In this document: in pieces, positions 31,485-41,641 of the stretch | Position numbering within the stretch: position 1 is the stretch's first letter | Layout: each line of letters opens with the position of its first letter | Notes under the pieces: generated by a model | Seen by the model: only the letters and a program-made list of their open reading frames with translations | Database searches by the model: none | What the model was told of the DNA's origin: nothing | Translations under genes and position numbers: made by a program | Assembly (NCBI GenBank): GCA_965206745.1 | Contig: OZ242220.1 | Span: 832,001 to 896,000, forward strand | Source of the DNA: Nitrosopumilus sp. | Lineage (GTDB): Archaea; Thermoproteota; Nitrososphaeria; Nitrososphaerales; Nitrosopumilaceae | Length of the DNA: 64,000 bases | Reading direction: 5' to 3'

Positions 31485-32852
31485 TTACCGCTTTAGCTTT
31501 GGATTGACAATTGCATCAAGTGCGTTTCCTATAAAGACAAAAGCCAAACCCGTAATGGCTATCATCACTCCGGGCGGCATAATCCACCACCACATTCCTC
31601 TGGCTGCTGCGCCAAACGTATTTGCATCATGCAAAATCTGACCCCATGTGGGAAATGACGGATCTCCCAATCCCAGAAAACTCAGACCTGCCTCTGTGGT
31701 GATTGCAGCTGGAACTGAAATTGCAATGCTTGCAAAAGCGTATGGCAATAATTGCGGAACTATGTGCTTGAGTATGATTTTGGAATCTTTCTGACCCATC
31801 ATGTTTGCGGCATCCACATAGCCTCTGGTTTTGATCTGGAGCGACATGCTTCTTGCAACCTTTGCGATACCTACCCATCCAAAAATCATCAAAAATCCGA
31901 CCATCACAAATATGCTATTACTGATTGTCACCGAGAGGATGATCAGAAATGGCAGCGCTGGCAATGCGTAGATCACGTCGTTGAACCTCATCATGGATTC
32001 ATCTGTTTTTTTGCCCTTGTATCCGGCATACACCCCATAAAGCAGTCCTGACACCACTGATGCTATTGATACCACTAGGCCGATGAACAATGCAAGTGGC
32101 GTCCCCCAAAGCAACCCTATTGCTAAATCTCGACGCAACTCGTCTGTTCCCATTATCCCAAATGCCTTGCCTCCTATGATTAACTCTGATTTTGGAATTT
32201 GATTTTCTGAGTCTACCCCGTACAGGTCGATGGAAAAAATATAACTTCCTCTGAGTGGCTCGTTTGTATGGGTTTTGGAAAAAATAATGTCTGCGGCAGA
32301 CAACCTTTGAAACTCAAATTCGAATTTTTCTGATTGCAAGGCCAGGTTTTTCTTTATGGATTGATCTGTGGAAAAAACCCTTTCATCATGCGCCGTCATC
32401 TCATCAGAGTATGGCAGCGAAGTTCTCAGCAAATCCAATCTAACCCCGTCTGGCCTCATCACTGAGATTTGCAGCAATGGCGAGCCTGAATACTCTGCGG
32501 AGAACTCGTAGATGAAATCATTTGGAAAGTCATCATAATCGAAATTTAATCCAAACTGATGCGATGTGAGATCTACTCCGTCATTTGAAATATTCTCTAT
32601 GTTGGGGTTTTTCAGAATTTTATGTTCTGGGATCTTCTGAACCATCAGTATGTTTACCCAGACTGGAATTGCCCCTTTGGGATTTGAAATCCAGTTGCCT
32701 GGATTGTTCCATTCCTGAAACGTGTCTAGGGGGATGCTAATCATCGCAATGACTGATGTTGCAATCAGGACTGAGAGGATTGCGATTCCTGCCATTCCCA
32801 TCCTGCTTTTGAGAAACTCTTGCTTTATCTCCTGAGGTGTGATGCTGCTCAT
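31485..32852 (-). CDS. Peptide/nickel ABC transporter permease (DppC/OppC-like)
   Basis: GTDELRRD, YVDAA..MG EAA loop, EAGLSFLGLG, TWGQIL. Confidence 0.92.
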   Translation of the reverse strand: MSSITPQEIKQEFLKSRMGMAGIAILSVLIATSVIAMISIPLDTFQEWNNPGNWISNPKGAIPVWVNILMVQKIPEHKILKNPNIENISNDGVDLTSHQFGLNFDYDDFPNDFIYEFSAEYSGSPLLQISVMRPDGVRLDLLRTSLPYSDEMTAHDERVFSTDQSIKKNLALQSEKFEFEFQRLSAADIIFSKTHTNEPLRGSYIFSIDLYGVDSENQIPKSELIIGGKAFGIMGTDELRRDLAIGLLWGTPLALFIGLVVSIASVVSGLLYGVYAGYKGKKTDESMMRFNDVIYALPALPFLIILSVTISNSIFVMVGFLMIFGWVGIAKVARSMSLQIKTRGYVDAANMMGQKDSKIILKHIVPQLLPYAFASIAISVPAAITTEAGLSFLGLGDPSFPTWGQILHDANTFGAAARGMWWWIMPPGVMIAITGLAFVFIGNALDAIVNPKLKR

Positions 32853-33898
32853 TGCCCCGTCCTCACCCTCGGATCAAAGTAGCCATAGAGCAGATCCGCT
32901 ATGAATATGCTGACTAGGAAGAATACCGTAAGCATGTATGTTGCACCAATTATCACTGGCAAATCCATTACCGTGATTGCCTCAAAGTAAAGCCTTCCCA
33001 TTCCAGGCCAATCAAAGACTGCCTCTGTAATGATTGCCCCTCCAAGAGAGCCTGACAGACTCAATGCCAGAATTGTGACAATCGGCGGCGCCGCATTTTT
33101 TAACGCGTGAGTGTAGATTATCTTCTTTTGGCCAATCCCGATGGTCTTTTTTGCCATGATGAAATCCTCCTGCATAATCCCAATCATGAAGTTTCTTACC
33201 AGGTATGCCCACGAGCCAAAACCGATCATTACAATTGTAATTAATGGCAGTGTCATGTGGTATAGCAAGGATCCGATGTATCCTGGATCTGATGATGCAA
33301 TGTCCGGTGTTGCCCTTGCAGGAAATATCTGCCATGTAAATGCAAATAGGAATATCATCAGCATCCCTATCCACCATACGGGAAAGCTAGAGCTGATTAT
33401 TGCAAAACTTGATGTGATTCTGTCCGTTACTGATCCTGCCTTGCTGCTAGATAGCGCCCCTAGTAATATTCCTATGATTGAAATGATTATAGTTGCAGTT
33501 GTAAATAACAGTACGGTTCTGGGAAGTTTTTCAAAGATTATCTCCTTTACATCTGAGGAACCCTGATCACTGGTCAGAAATGTCGCATGCCCAAAATCCA
33601 GGAGTAATATTTTGTACATGCTTACTCCTATCCTGTATGGCGAATACCATGGCTCATCAAGCCCCAAAACCTGTATCCTTTGATCAATTTGACCCTGAAC
33701 GAATCCCTCAAAGTCTGCCACTGATGCGAAACTTTTGGCAATGGCTGGATTCTCCGTTATCTCGGTTCTGACTTGGAACGTGATTCCCTGCTTGAGAATG
33801 GCATCCATATTGGAGCCTACAAGCGCAATTGTGATTAGTAGGGTAATCATCAAGACCCCAAACATCGTTGCCATCCGTGTGGCAATGTACCTTTTCAT
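32849..33898 (-). CDS. Peptide/nickel ABC transporter permease (DppB/OppB-like)
   Basis: LPRTVLL, HALKNA, ITEAVFDWPGMG, DPRVR. Confidence 0.92.
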   Translation of the reverse strand: MKRYIATRMATMFGVLMITLLITIALVGSNMDAILKQGITFQVRTEITENPAIAKSFASVADFEGFVQGQIDQRIQVLGLDEPWYSPYRIGVSMYKILLLDFGHATFLTSDQGSSDVKEIIFEKLPRTVLLFTTATIIISIIGILLGALSSSKAGSVTDRITSSFAIISSSFPVWWIGMLMIFLFAFTWQIFPARATPDIASSDPGYIGSLLYHMTLPLITIVMIGFGSWAYLVRNFMIGIMQEDFIMAKKTIGIGQKKIIYTHALKNAAPPIVTILALSLSGSLGGAIITEAVFDWPGMGRLYFEAITVMDLPVIIGATYMLTVFFLVSIFIADLLYGYFDPRVRTGQ

Positions 33899-33992
33899 GC
33901 TCAATAACCTCAAGATGGGTTGATTAGTTTATAACAATAGATGTTTTTCCCATGGTTTATTACTCCACTAAAACACTACTATTCAGAAAGAC

Positions 33993-34316
33993 ATGTCCTT
34001 TGATAGAGAAAGAGAAATGCACACCACTACATGTGGTGACTGTGGAAACGAATGTCAGGTGCCATTTAAGCCCAAAGAAGACAGACCTGTTTATTGCAGG
34101 GAATGCTTCCAAAATCACAAGCCTGAGCCAAGACAAGGTGGCGGCGGATTTGGCAGAGACAGAGGTTCTAGATTTGGTAGAAGAGACGACCGACCCCGCG
34201 AAATGTTCGACACAAAATGTGGCGACTGTGGAAACGATTGTCAGGTACCATTCCAACCAAAAGAAGACAGACCTGTTTATTGCAAAGAATGCTTCGAAAA
34301 CCACAAACAACATTAG
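33993..34316 (+). CDS. CxxC-x17-CxxC domain protein (two copies)
   Basis: CGDCG.ECQVPF.P.EDRPVYC.ECF twice, joined by an RG-rich linker. Confidence 0.9.
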   Translation: MSFDREREMHTTTCGDCGNECQVPFKPKEDRPVYCRECFQNHKPEPRQGGGGFGRDRGSRFGRRDDRPREMFDTKCGDCGNDCQVPFQPKEDRPVYCKECFENHKQH

Positions 34317-34715
34317 AAATCCCGTTTTGAGTAATTTTCAAAACTCCTTTATTTTATAAAGCAAAGATCTAGAATCTTTCATTGTTGCTAAAGGACATTT
34401 TTCATTGCTCGACAAGATCTACACTGGGACATGCAAAGACCTGGTTTCATCTTTAGGATATCCGATGTACCAAGTAAATGCCTGTCCCTAGCTGTTTGGT
34501 GTCTTTGACAAATCCGGGTTGAGTCTGATTCTGCAAAGATATGCCCTGCCCAAAGCATAATCTGATCTCCAAAGTAAGCCGGAACAAAACAAACTCTGGG
34601 CTTTATCAAGACACAAGGATGCTCTCTTGCCATCGTGCTGTGTGAGATCGTGGAATTTGGACCTTGTGTGACGATGTAAAAAACAGATAAAACTTTGGAG
34701 TTTGTTATATTTCAT

Positions 34716-34961
34716 ATGAGTGCTAGCACAATTCGAAAAGCCAAAAAACTCGTTGAGAGTGGCGGTGTGATCAAAATTGAGGAGGATCTGTTCCAGATAA
34801 AATCATCATCTGATCCTGAAAAATCATATGTTGTAACCTCTGATACCTGCCAATGTCCAGGCTTCAAAAACTTTTACAAGTTCCATCACGGAAAGGGATT
34901 AAAGGCAAACTGTTCTCATTTGGAGGCGATTCGAATATTCAAAAAAGAAAACCCCGACTGA
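34716..34961 (+). CDS. SWIM zinc-finger protein
   Basis: CQCPGF...CSH. Confidence 0.8.
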   Translation: MSASTIRKAKKLVESGGVIKIEEDLFQIKSSSDPEKSYVVTSDTCQCPGFKNFYKFHHGKGLKANCSHLEAIRIFKKENPD

Positions 34962-35297
34962 CTATTTGAATTTCAACGCATCTGTTTTTCCAACATATGC
35001 CTTGTCTTTTGTGACTATGATTGGGCGTAAAATCAGACCCGGATATCTTGCCATCAATTTGATTATTTGAATATCTGTTTTTTTGCCCGTCTCCAAATCC
35101 ATCTCTTTGTACATTTTGTCCCTTTTCCTGAGCAACTCTGCTGGTTTCTTGCCTGTCATCCTGATTATTTTTTTTAGTTCTGCCTCTGAAAACGGATCCT
35201 TGAAAAAATCCCTTTTTTCAATATCTGCATTCACACGCTCCATTTCTGAAATTGCCCTCTTGCATGTAATGCATGCAGATTTGTGAAATATCTTCAA
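34962..35297 (-). CDS. ArsC/Spx-family thioredoxin-fold protein
   Basis: CITCKRA, P.LILRPIIV. Confidence 0.85.
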   Translation of the reverse strand: MKIFHKSACITCKRAISEMERVNADIEKRDFFKDPFSEAELKKIIRMTGKKPAELLRKRDKMYKEMDLETGKKTDIQIIKLMARYPGLILRPIIVTKDKAYVGKTDALKFK

Positions 35298-35563
35298 CTC
35301 CTTTCTGCTCTTTAATCTGGATTAAAAATTGTTTAGAAGTGCAATGCCATTATACGCGGCAGATGGATCTTTTAAAATCCTCTGTGTTTCCCTCAGAATT
35401 ACATTCCTTGTATCCCTGCCATCTTCTTTTTTTGAGGATTAAGAGTAATGGCTCACAAGAGACCAAATACATCTTCCATCTGCCAGGGGTGGCAGGATGC
35501 CTATCTTTTTTAATTTTTAATGTATGATTTTGAATATAACGTGCGTGTGATTTATCTATTGCT

Positions 35564-36484
35564 TCATTGGTCTTTTGATTGCGTTGCATTTGTGTTGCTT
35601 TGACTCTTTTCTGTCTTTTTGTTTAGCTGGTCTTCATTGAACTGTTCAAGTGTTTCCCTTGAGATTGACATTGTATCCAGGTATGCTTTTCTTGCTTCCT
35701 TAAACGTGCCTCCGTTCTTGAGAATCTCATCTCTGATATTTTGTGCTTCGACAAAGTTGCTATTTGTAAAATTCATCTGGTTTGAGATCAACTCTCTGAT
35801 TTTTGGTTCCAAGCTACCAAGGTAATAGTCTAGTTTGGCTCCATTGTAAACTCCTGCCTTTGGTTTAAATTCAGTAACTGCCTGATCTTTCAAACTCTCT
35901 GCAGCCCTTCTCTGCTCTCGGATCAAAACTTCATCCGGATCTAGTTTCATGGCCTCGCTCTTTTCCTTGACTAACTCCTTTAGCAGCCCCTGATAGTATT
36001 TGAACAGGGCCTGACCTATTGGATTCCTCTCAAAGTCGCCCTCTTCTGCGCCGATGTATCTTCTTGCTTCATCTGTTGCCAATTTTTCTTGCAATGACAT
36101 GCCTGGCGCTACATCTCCTTTGACTTGGAGTTGGGTACTGGCAAACCCTATCTTCCCATCTAATGATGCAGATATGTTTACGATATAGGTTCCAGGTATT
36201 CTCTGGACTTGATCAAATACCCCTCTAAACTCCCCGTCAGGCTTTGTAAACCTCTTCATCGTATCTGACCCTATCCGTATGACTATCTCTGCCCCTGCAA
36301 TTGGTTGGTATGCGTGGTCTACGACCCTGCCTGTCACGATGACTTGGTCTCCAGAGTATACTATGCTTCTTTCCACGCCTGCCTCAATTATCAACTCGTA
36401 CAGTTCTGCCTGGGAGGTTGGAATAAATGAGAATATCAGTAAAAGTCCAAATAATCCTGCGACTAGCATCCTGTTTTTATACAC
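35564..36484 (-). CDS. Exported protein with carboxypeptidase-regulatory-like beta-sandwich
   Basis: Signal peptide; G.VVD....PIAGAEI, T.PDGEF, PGTY.V. Confidence 0.75.
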   Translation of the reverse strand: MYKNRMLVAGLFGLLLIFSFIPTSQAELYELIIEAGVERSIVYSGDQVIVTGRVVDHAYQPIAGAEIVIRIGSDTMKRFTKPDGEFRGVFDQVQRIPGTYIVNISASLDGKIGFASTQLQVKGDVAPGMSLQEKLATDEARRYIGAEEGDFERNPIGQALFKYYQGLLKELVKEKSEAMKLDPDEVLIREQRRAAESLKDQAVTEFKPKAGVYNGAKLDYYLGSLEPKIRELISNQMNFTNSNFVEAQNIRDEILKNGGTFKEARKAYLDTMSISRETLEQFNEDQLNKKTEKSQSNTNATQSKDQ

Positions 36485-36645
36485 ATGCCCTCATCTTGAT
36501 TTACGCAATTAAGATAAAGTATGAATAAAAATTAGCCCTTTTTCAACTTTAATTGAGTAGTTTTGCCTTTTCTGCGCCTTGATATTTTGCCAACTTTGCA
36601 ATCCCTGCCAACTCTTAAAATCCAAAGATCACCTCATCTTAAATC

Positions 36646-37304
36646 ATGGATTTGAAAAGATTCGGCAATGATGTCTCTGAGATGTCACAAAGACTCTCAA
36701 AAGATCCAAATGAGGATGGTGCCTCCAAACTAAATCATGTCCGGTAGCAACTAGTCGAGATGTATAAAAAAACCTAGTCAAAATCAACCACTTCATCTTG
36801 GAACTGATCTGCGCTAGTAGCCTTATTTCAAGGGGGCACTCTGTGGATGTTGAAAAAGATGTCTCAGAGATTCTAGTGTGTGATATATTTGCAAAAAAGG
36901 GCGATGGGAACACCATCATAGAGTCTGAAACTGGTTTTACCCCTCCTGATCATGCCATGGATACTATGGATTATTTTTCTGCAAGAATTATGAGCAAGAT
37001 TGCCCGATACAGTCAGCACTGCTCGAAATTTTTTCTAGCGACTTCTGTGGTTGGATTGCTGCCAATACCGAAGATCTTTCTGTTGCCTCCAAATGCGCAA
37101 AAAAGAGAGGATGTGAAGAAGATCAAGGATCTGTGTGATCGCTATTATAGAAATCCGCCGGTGCAATACGATGATATCCTAAATGCCCACCTTCACTCAA
37201 TATATCTAATTAACATCGATAAGGGGTTTGCCAAGGAGATTGATCCGCAAGTATATGTGGATTTGACAGGTGGCCTCTTTGAACAAAGTCAAATCCTGTA
37301 TTGA
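36646..37304 (+). pseudogene. Disrupted hypothetical gene (PD-(D/E)xK-like motif)
   Basis: ATG at 36646 reads to an in-frame TAG at 36745. A 1-nt deletion in the A7 run (36766-36772) would join it to ORF 36798-37304 (CDIFAKK...IIESETG). Confidence 0.65.
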
Positions 37305-37357
37305 GGCACACCTGCAAGTGAAAAATTCAAATTCTTCTATTCTTTAGCAATACTAGG

Positions 37358-37498
37358 ATGATTTGTGCGGCCTGTGAATCAAGAAAGCATTTTGAATGCA
37401 TTGATTGTATGAACAATCACCAGACCCATCTTTGCAGCTGTGATTGTCATGATGAGAACACTCAGCCTCACGAGGTTGGAAAATCCCACCAAGTTTAA
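37358..37498 (+). CDS. 46-aa Cys/His-rich microprotein, copy A (not in ORF track)
   Basis: MICAACESRKHFECIDCMNNHQTHLCSCDCHDENTQPHEVGKSHQV. Paralogue at 53466 shows synonymous changes. Confidence 0.75.
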   Translation: MICAACESRKHFECIDCMNNHQTHLCSCDCHDENTQPHEVGKSHQV

Positions 37499-38175
37499 TT
37501 TTTGAATTTTCTTTCTATATCCTGAGCCCTGATTTCCAACTCCCTTGTATCACCCAACTTCCTATACGTTAGCTTTTCTATGGTCTTGATTATGCTGATA
37601 GCTGACCTGTATTGAGGGATTTCTGGTTCATTTAATTCCCCATACATCCCAATTCCTTGAATTCCATTTATCTTTGCAAATCCGAGTATGAGCCCATTAA
37701 ATCCCGTGATGATTGACTTTTGTGGTGTGATTTGAATATCTAGGCTCTCCATCTGCTTTGTCAGCTCCCTTGATGTCGTAGTGATGTATGTCTTTGGCTC
37801 TTTGTTGAAGATTTGATTCGTGTGAAATCCGCCTAGTGTGTAAATAAATTTTGCAGAGTATTTCTTTGCCGTATCTATTACATCTTGGCACAGGGCATTT
37901 AGTTCGCCGTTGCTTTGCGGCTGTCCTTTGCCTCCTCCGAAAACTATCAGATCTTCTGTATACCTGTACTCCCACCTCTCGTCTGGAAGATCAATGTATC
38001 CGCCTCTGTCAACAACATACGTTGGAAATGAAATCTTTGCGGTCCTGAATGTTTTTGTCCTCAGTGATTCATTGATAAAGTTCACAACAATGTTTCCCAC
38101 ATTTCCCATGTCCTGCATGGCTGCAATGATGATTGGTTTTTTCAGATCCGGCTCCTCATTTTGAACGAATTCCAC
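37495..38175 (-). CDS. PAC2-family proteasome assembly chaperone-like protein
   Basis: DMGNVG, IYTLGG, ITGFNGLILG, GMYGE. Confidence 0.85.
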   Translation of the reverse strand: MEFVQNEEPDLKKPIIIAAMQDMGNVGNIVVNFINESLRTKTFRTAKISFPTYVVDRGGYIDLPDERWEYRYTEDLIVFGGGKGQPQSNGELNALCQDVIDTAKKYSAKFIYTLGGFHTNQIFNKEPKTYITTTSRELTKQMESLDIQITPQKSIITGFNGLILGFAKINGIQGIGMYGELNEPEIPQYRSAISIIKTIEKLTYRKLGDTRELEIRAQDIERKFKN

Positions 38176-38552
38176 AACTCGTCTGGTATCTAATGAATTT
38201 TAAACGTATGTCGCATCTGCAAATCCTCTCTTGTGATTTTTAATGTTTTCTAGCGCCCTCATGCACAGATGTGGTCTTCCCTGATGTGGTTTTTTGCTGT
38301 AAACCCGTACTGACTGTTAATTTGCTGCAATCCTCTGATATCTTGCTCAATGCAACCCTCACATCCTTTCCGTATTTGGCCAATACAATGAAACCCTGCT
38401 TTGTCCTTCATGCCCGAATGTCATGCATATAATTTGACCCTAAAATTGAAACTGCCATCCTATTTTAACTCTTTGAGTTTTCTGATTCTTTTTTTAATGA
38501 TCGTGAAAAATATGAAGATTCATAAGGCAAAAAAACTTTCCAAGGACAAATT

Positions 38553-40277
38553 ATGGAAACATCCATGGAAAACATCGGCACACTAGAGTATGTTCTTGAT
38601 AAATATTCTAAAATCTGGAGCTGGAAAGTCACAGGTGATCGCGCAGTCAATATGATCTCCCGACTTGTTTCTCAGGCATGGTATGGAGAGAACGTCAATG
38701 AGATAATCATTCCTGACAGTACTGAAACTGTCAAGCAGCTAAAGCTCATCATGGACAGGTATCCTCTTGAAATTTTATCAAAATCCACCTGGCAGAGAAA
38801 GATCGTAAAGACGTATGCGCCAAAGCCTGCCATCCCTCCAGTCAAACTCAAACTAAAGCGAGCAAAATCCGGTGAGCAGTTTCGAGGCAAACTGTTAAAC
38901 TTTCAAAAAGAGGGACTGGACTTTCTACTCAAATCCTCAGGAAACGCCTTGCTGGCAGACGAGATGGGTCTTGGAAAAACCGTTCAAACACTTTCCTATG
39001 CTGCCACAGAAAAACAGACGTTCCCGATGCTAGTCGTTGCACCCCTAGTCACGCTTAACAATTGGGAGCGTGAAATTGAAAAATTCCTCAAAAAGAAGAG
39101 CAAGAATGGACGCATCGTAGAGTCTGCATCCCCTAGCGTGACTACCATCCGAACTGGCAAGTCCCACGAACTGCCAAAGACTGACATTTACATAATTAAT
39201 TACGAGTTGCTCTTCAAGCGAAATGCTGATCTGGCAAAGTTGGGACTCAGGACGATAGTCTGCGATGAGGTCCATAATTTGAGATCAAAGACAACCCAAA
39301 AATACAAGGCAGTAAAGAAGCTAGCTGCACTCTCGTCAATTCTTTATAGAATCGGCCTTTCTGGAACCCCGATTTATAATCGTGGGTCAGAAATTTGGCC
39401 CATCATAGATATCATAAAGCCTGGATTGCTGGGTAGCTTTAAGGAATTCTGTGAATACTTTTGCTATGTCAATGAAAAGGGCAAGGCCATAGTTCTGGAA
39501 AACAAACGGGCTTCTCTTAGAAACGAACTGCAGAAGCACGTGATGCTTAGGCGGAAGAAGGCAGATGTCCTAAAGGAGCTCAAAGACAAAGTCAGGTACA
39601 AGGAAGTCATTGCCGCTGACACTGATTACTATCTTGACGAATTAGATAAAATTTGGAAAAAGGTCGAAGCCGAACAAAAAGATGCCAAAACCGAATTTTT
39701 CAAATCCGCCTCATACAACAGGGCGATTCAAAGTGAGCGACAGATTGCTGGCGTTGCAAAGCTTCCGCACGTGATTAATTTTGTCAAAAATATCATGGAG
39801 ATTGAGGAAAGTGTCGTGGTGTTCTGTCATCACAAGATGATACACAAATTACTTCATGAAAGCCTGCAAGAGTTCGCACCCGTATCGATCATCGGCGGAC
39901 AGACTGATTCGAACCGCCAAGATCAAATTGATAAATTTCAAAGGGGCGAATCCAAATTGATGATTGCAGGAATCCGTGCCGGTAATGTGGGAATTAATCT
40001 GACCCGTGCAAAGTATGTCATATTTGCCGAACTTGATTGGAGTCCTGCAATTCACAGACAAGCCGAAGACAGGCTTCATAGAATAGGCCAGAAAAATACC
40101 GTGTTTGCATACTATCTGATAGGGAAGGGAACCCTTGATGATCATGTGGCCAACATCCTAGTCGATAAAAGCTATGAGATTGATGAAATCCTAGACGAGT
40201 CAGTAGACAACTATGAGAATAAAGACAAGGCCGAACTCATCTTGGCCCAAATACAGGATAAAATTCGCGCAAAATAA
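38553..40277 (+). CDS. SNF2-family helicase (SMARCAL1/HARP-like core)
   Basis: LLADEMGLGKT, DEVH, LSGTP, QAEDRLHRIGQ. Confidence 0.92.
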   Translation: METSMENIGTLEYVLDKYSKIWSWKVTGDRAVNMISRLVSQAWYGENVNEIIIPDSTETVKQLKLIMDRYPLEILSKSTWQRKIVKTYAPKPAIPPVKLKLKRAKSGEQFRGKLLNFQKEGLDFLLKSSGNALLADEMGLGKTVQTLSYAATEKQTFPMLVVAPLVTLNNWEREIEKFLKKKSKNGRIVESASPSVTTIRTGKSHELPKTDIYIINYELLFKRNADLAKLGLRTIVCDEVHNLRSKTTQKYKAVKKLAALSSILYRIGLSGTPIYNRGSEIWPIIDIIKPGLLGSFKEFCEYFCYVNEKGKAIVLENKRASLRNELQKHVMLRRKKADVLKELKDKVRYKEVIAADTDYYLDELDKIWKKVEAEQKDAKTEFFKSASYNRAIQSERQIAGVAKLPHVINFVKNIMEIEESVVVFCHHKMIHKLLHESLQEFAPVSIIGGQTDSNRQDQIDKFQRGESKLMIAGIRAGNVGINLTRAKYVIFAELDWSPAIHRQAEDRLHRIGQKNTVFAYYLIGKGTLDDHVANILVDKSYEIDEILDESVDNYENKDKAELILAQIQDKIRAK

Positions 40278-40892
40278 CTAAATTTTCAACTTGCCTTTCA
40301 GCAGGGATAACCTCCTAGTTATCGAGTCTTTTTTGATCTGCTCTATCTGCGAGTCCTGAACCTCTTTTATCACCTCATCTATGATGCTGAGAATCTCGAC
40401 ATCCTGCCTTGCCTCCTCAAATTTTATGCCCTCAAACCCGTCTGTCTCTGTTTTGTCGATTTCTGCAATCCCGTCTGGAAGAATCTCATAAATTTTGATA
40501 ACCCTCTCCTCTATTCTCTGTGGCGACATTAGCACAAATTGGCTCTTTCTTAGCCTTTCAATATCCTCTGCAATCTCGTTTCCTGATACCTTTAGAATGT
40601 CTTTGATCTGCTCCAAACTGCATGATCTTATTTGCAGCAGCCGTAATATTTTTGCCCATGTTGGAACGCTTTTGCTCCAAAGAACCTCTCTTGCTAATTT
40701 TGTAATCGAGAAGGATCCGTCGCTATTTAACGAAATCATCTTTCTATCTTTTAGTGTTGCAAGCGAATCTAATAGTTTGCCGACCCCCAGCCTCCTCAGC
40801 TCTGAATTCTCAAGATTCTTTTCATTAAATGTCCCGCCTTCATTTATTGCCAGATGCAACATTTCCAAATCTATGGTTCCCATCTTCCTCAT
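40278..40892 (-). CDS. Tandem winged-helix hypothetical protein
   Basis: Two wHTH-like segments (..FSITKL; ..YEILPDG). Confidence 0.65.
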   Translation of the reverse strand: MRKMGTIDLEMLHLAINEGGTFNEKNLENSELRRLGVGKLLDSLATLKDRKMISLNSDGSFSITKLAREVLWSKSVPTWAKILRLLQIRSCSLEQIKDILKVSGNEIAEDIERLRKSQFVLMSPQRIEERVIKIYEILPDGIAEIDKTETDGFEGIKFEEARQDVEILSIIDEVIKEVQDSQIEQIKKDSITRRLSLLKGKLKI

Positions 40893-40965
40893 GCTGTTGG
40901 CATCTCTTCAGGATTTATCATTCTTTCGACTTGAAGAATATATGTGGATCATGTTGAATTGATCT

Positions 40966-41589
40966 GTGGTTAGATACGAACTTCCAAGACTCCCTTATGG
41001 CTATGATGAGCTAGAGCCGTTCCTTGATGAGGAAACTATGAAGGTTCACCATCTAAAGCATCATCAGGCATATGTGGATGGCCTGAACAAGTCTCTTGCA
41101 GATGTGGGCAGCGCATCGCATCCGCAGTACATCTCATCTATTCTGTCTGACTTAAAACCCATTCCTGAATCTGGAAGAAGTGCAATCAATTTTTTTGGCG
41201 GCGGCTTTGAGAATCACCGGTTGTTCTGGGACACTATGATTCCTGATGGTGACGGGGAACCTGGGGGACAATTAGAAGATCAGATTGATGTCTACTTTGA
41301 TAATTTTGAGAATTTCAAAAAAGTTTTTTCTGATGAGGCAATCTCTGTTGAAGGGAGCGGCTGGTGCTGGCTGGTCTTTAATGCAACGTATCACAAGATT
41401 GAGATCATCACAACTGAAAACCAGACCAGCCCTTGGACCATGCAAAAATTCCCCTTGCTTGGTCTGGATGTCTGGGAGCATGCATACTATTTGAAATATC
41501 AAAATAAGAGGCCTGACTATGTCAAAGCCTGGTGGAATGTAGTCAATTGGGATTACGTGGGAAACAGATTTTCAGAACTTGCAAGCTAA
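40966..41589 (+). CDS. sod: Fe/Mn superoxide dismutase
   Basis: HHLKHHQAYV, NHRLFW, GSGW, DVWEHAYY. Confidence 0.95.
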   Translation: MVRYELPRLPYGYDELEPFLDEETMKVHHLKHHQAYVDGLNKSLADVGSASHPQYISSILSDLKPIPESGRSAINFFGGGFENHRLFWDTMIPDGDGEPGGQLEDQIDVYFDNFENFKKVFSDEAISVEGSGWCWLVFNATYHKIEIITTENQTSPWTMQKFPLLGLDVWEHAYYLKYQNKRPDYVKAWWNVVNWDYVGNRFSELAS

Positions 41590-41641
41590 GGCGTGCCTGA
41601 TTTGGATACATTCTTTTAAGGCACAATTTTGCCTTACACGT

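Noticed and set aside
34388-34715. Two overlapping minus-strand ORFs
   Set aside because: No recognisable family in any frame; cannot distinguish pseudogene from noise.
15649-38175. Proteasome beta, JAMM and PAC2 genes as a proteolysis operon
   Set aside because: Scattered over more than 20 kb among unrelated genes.
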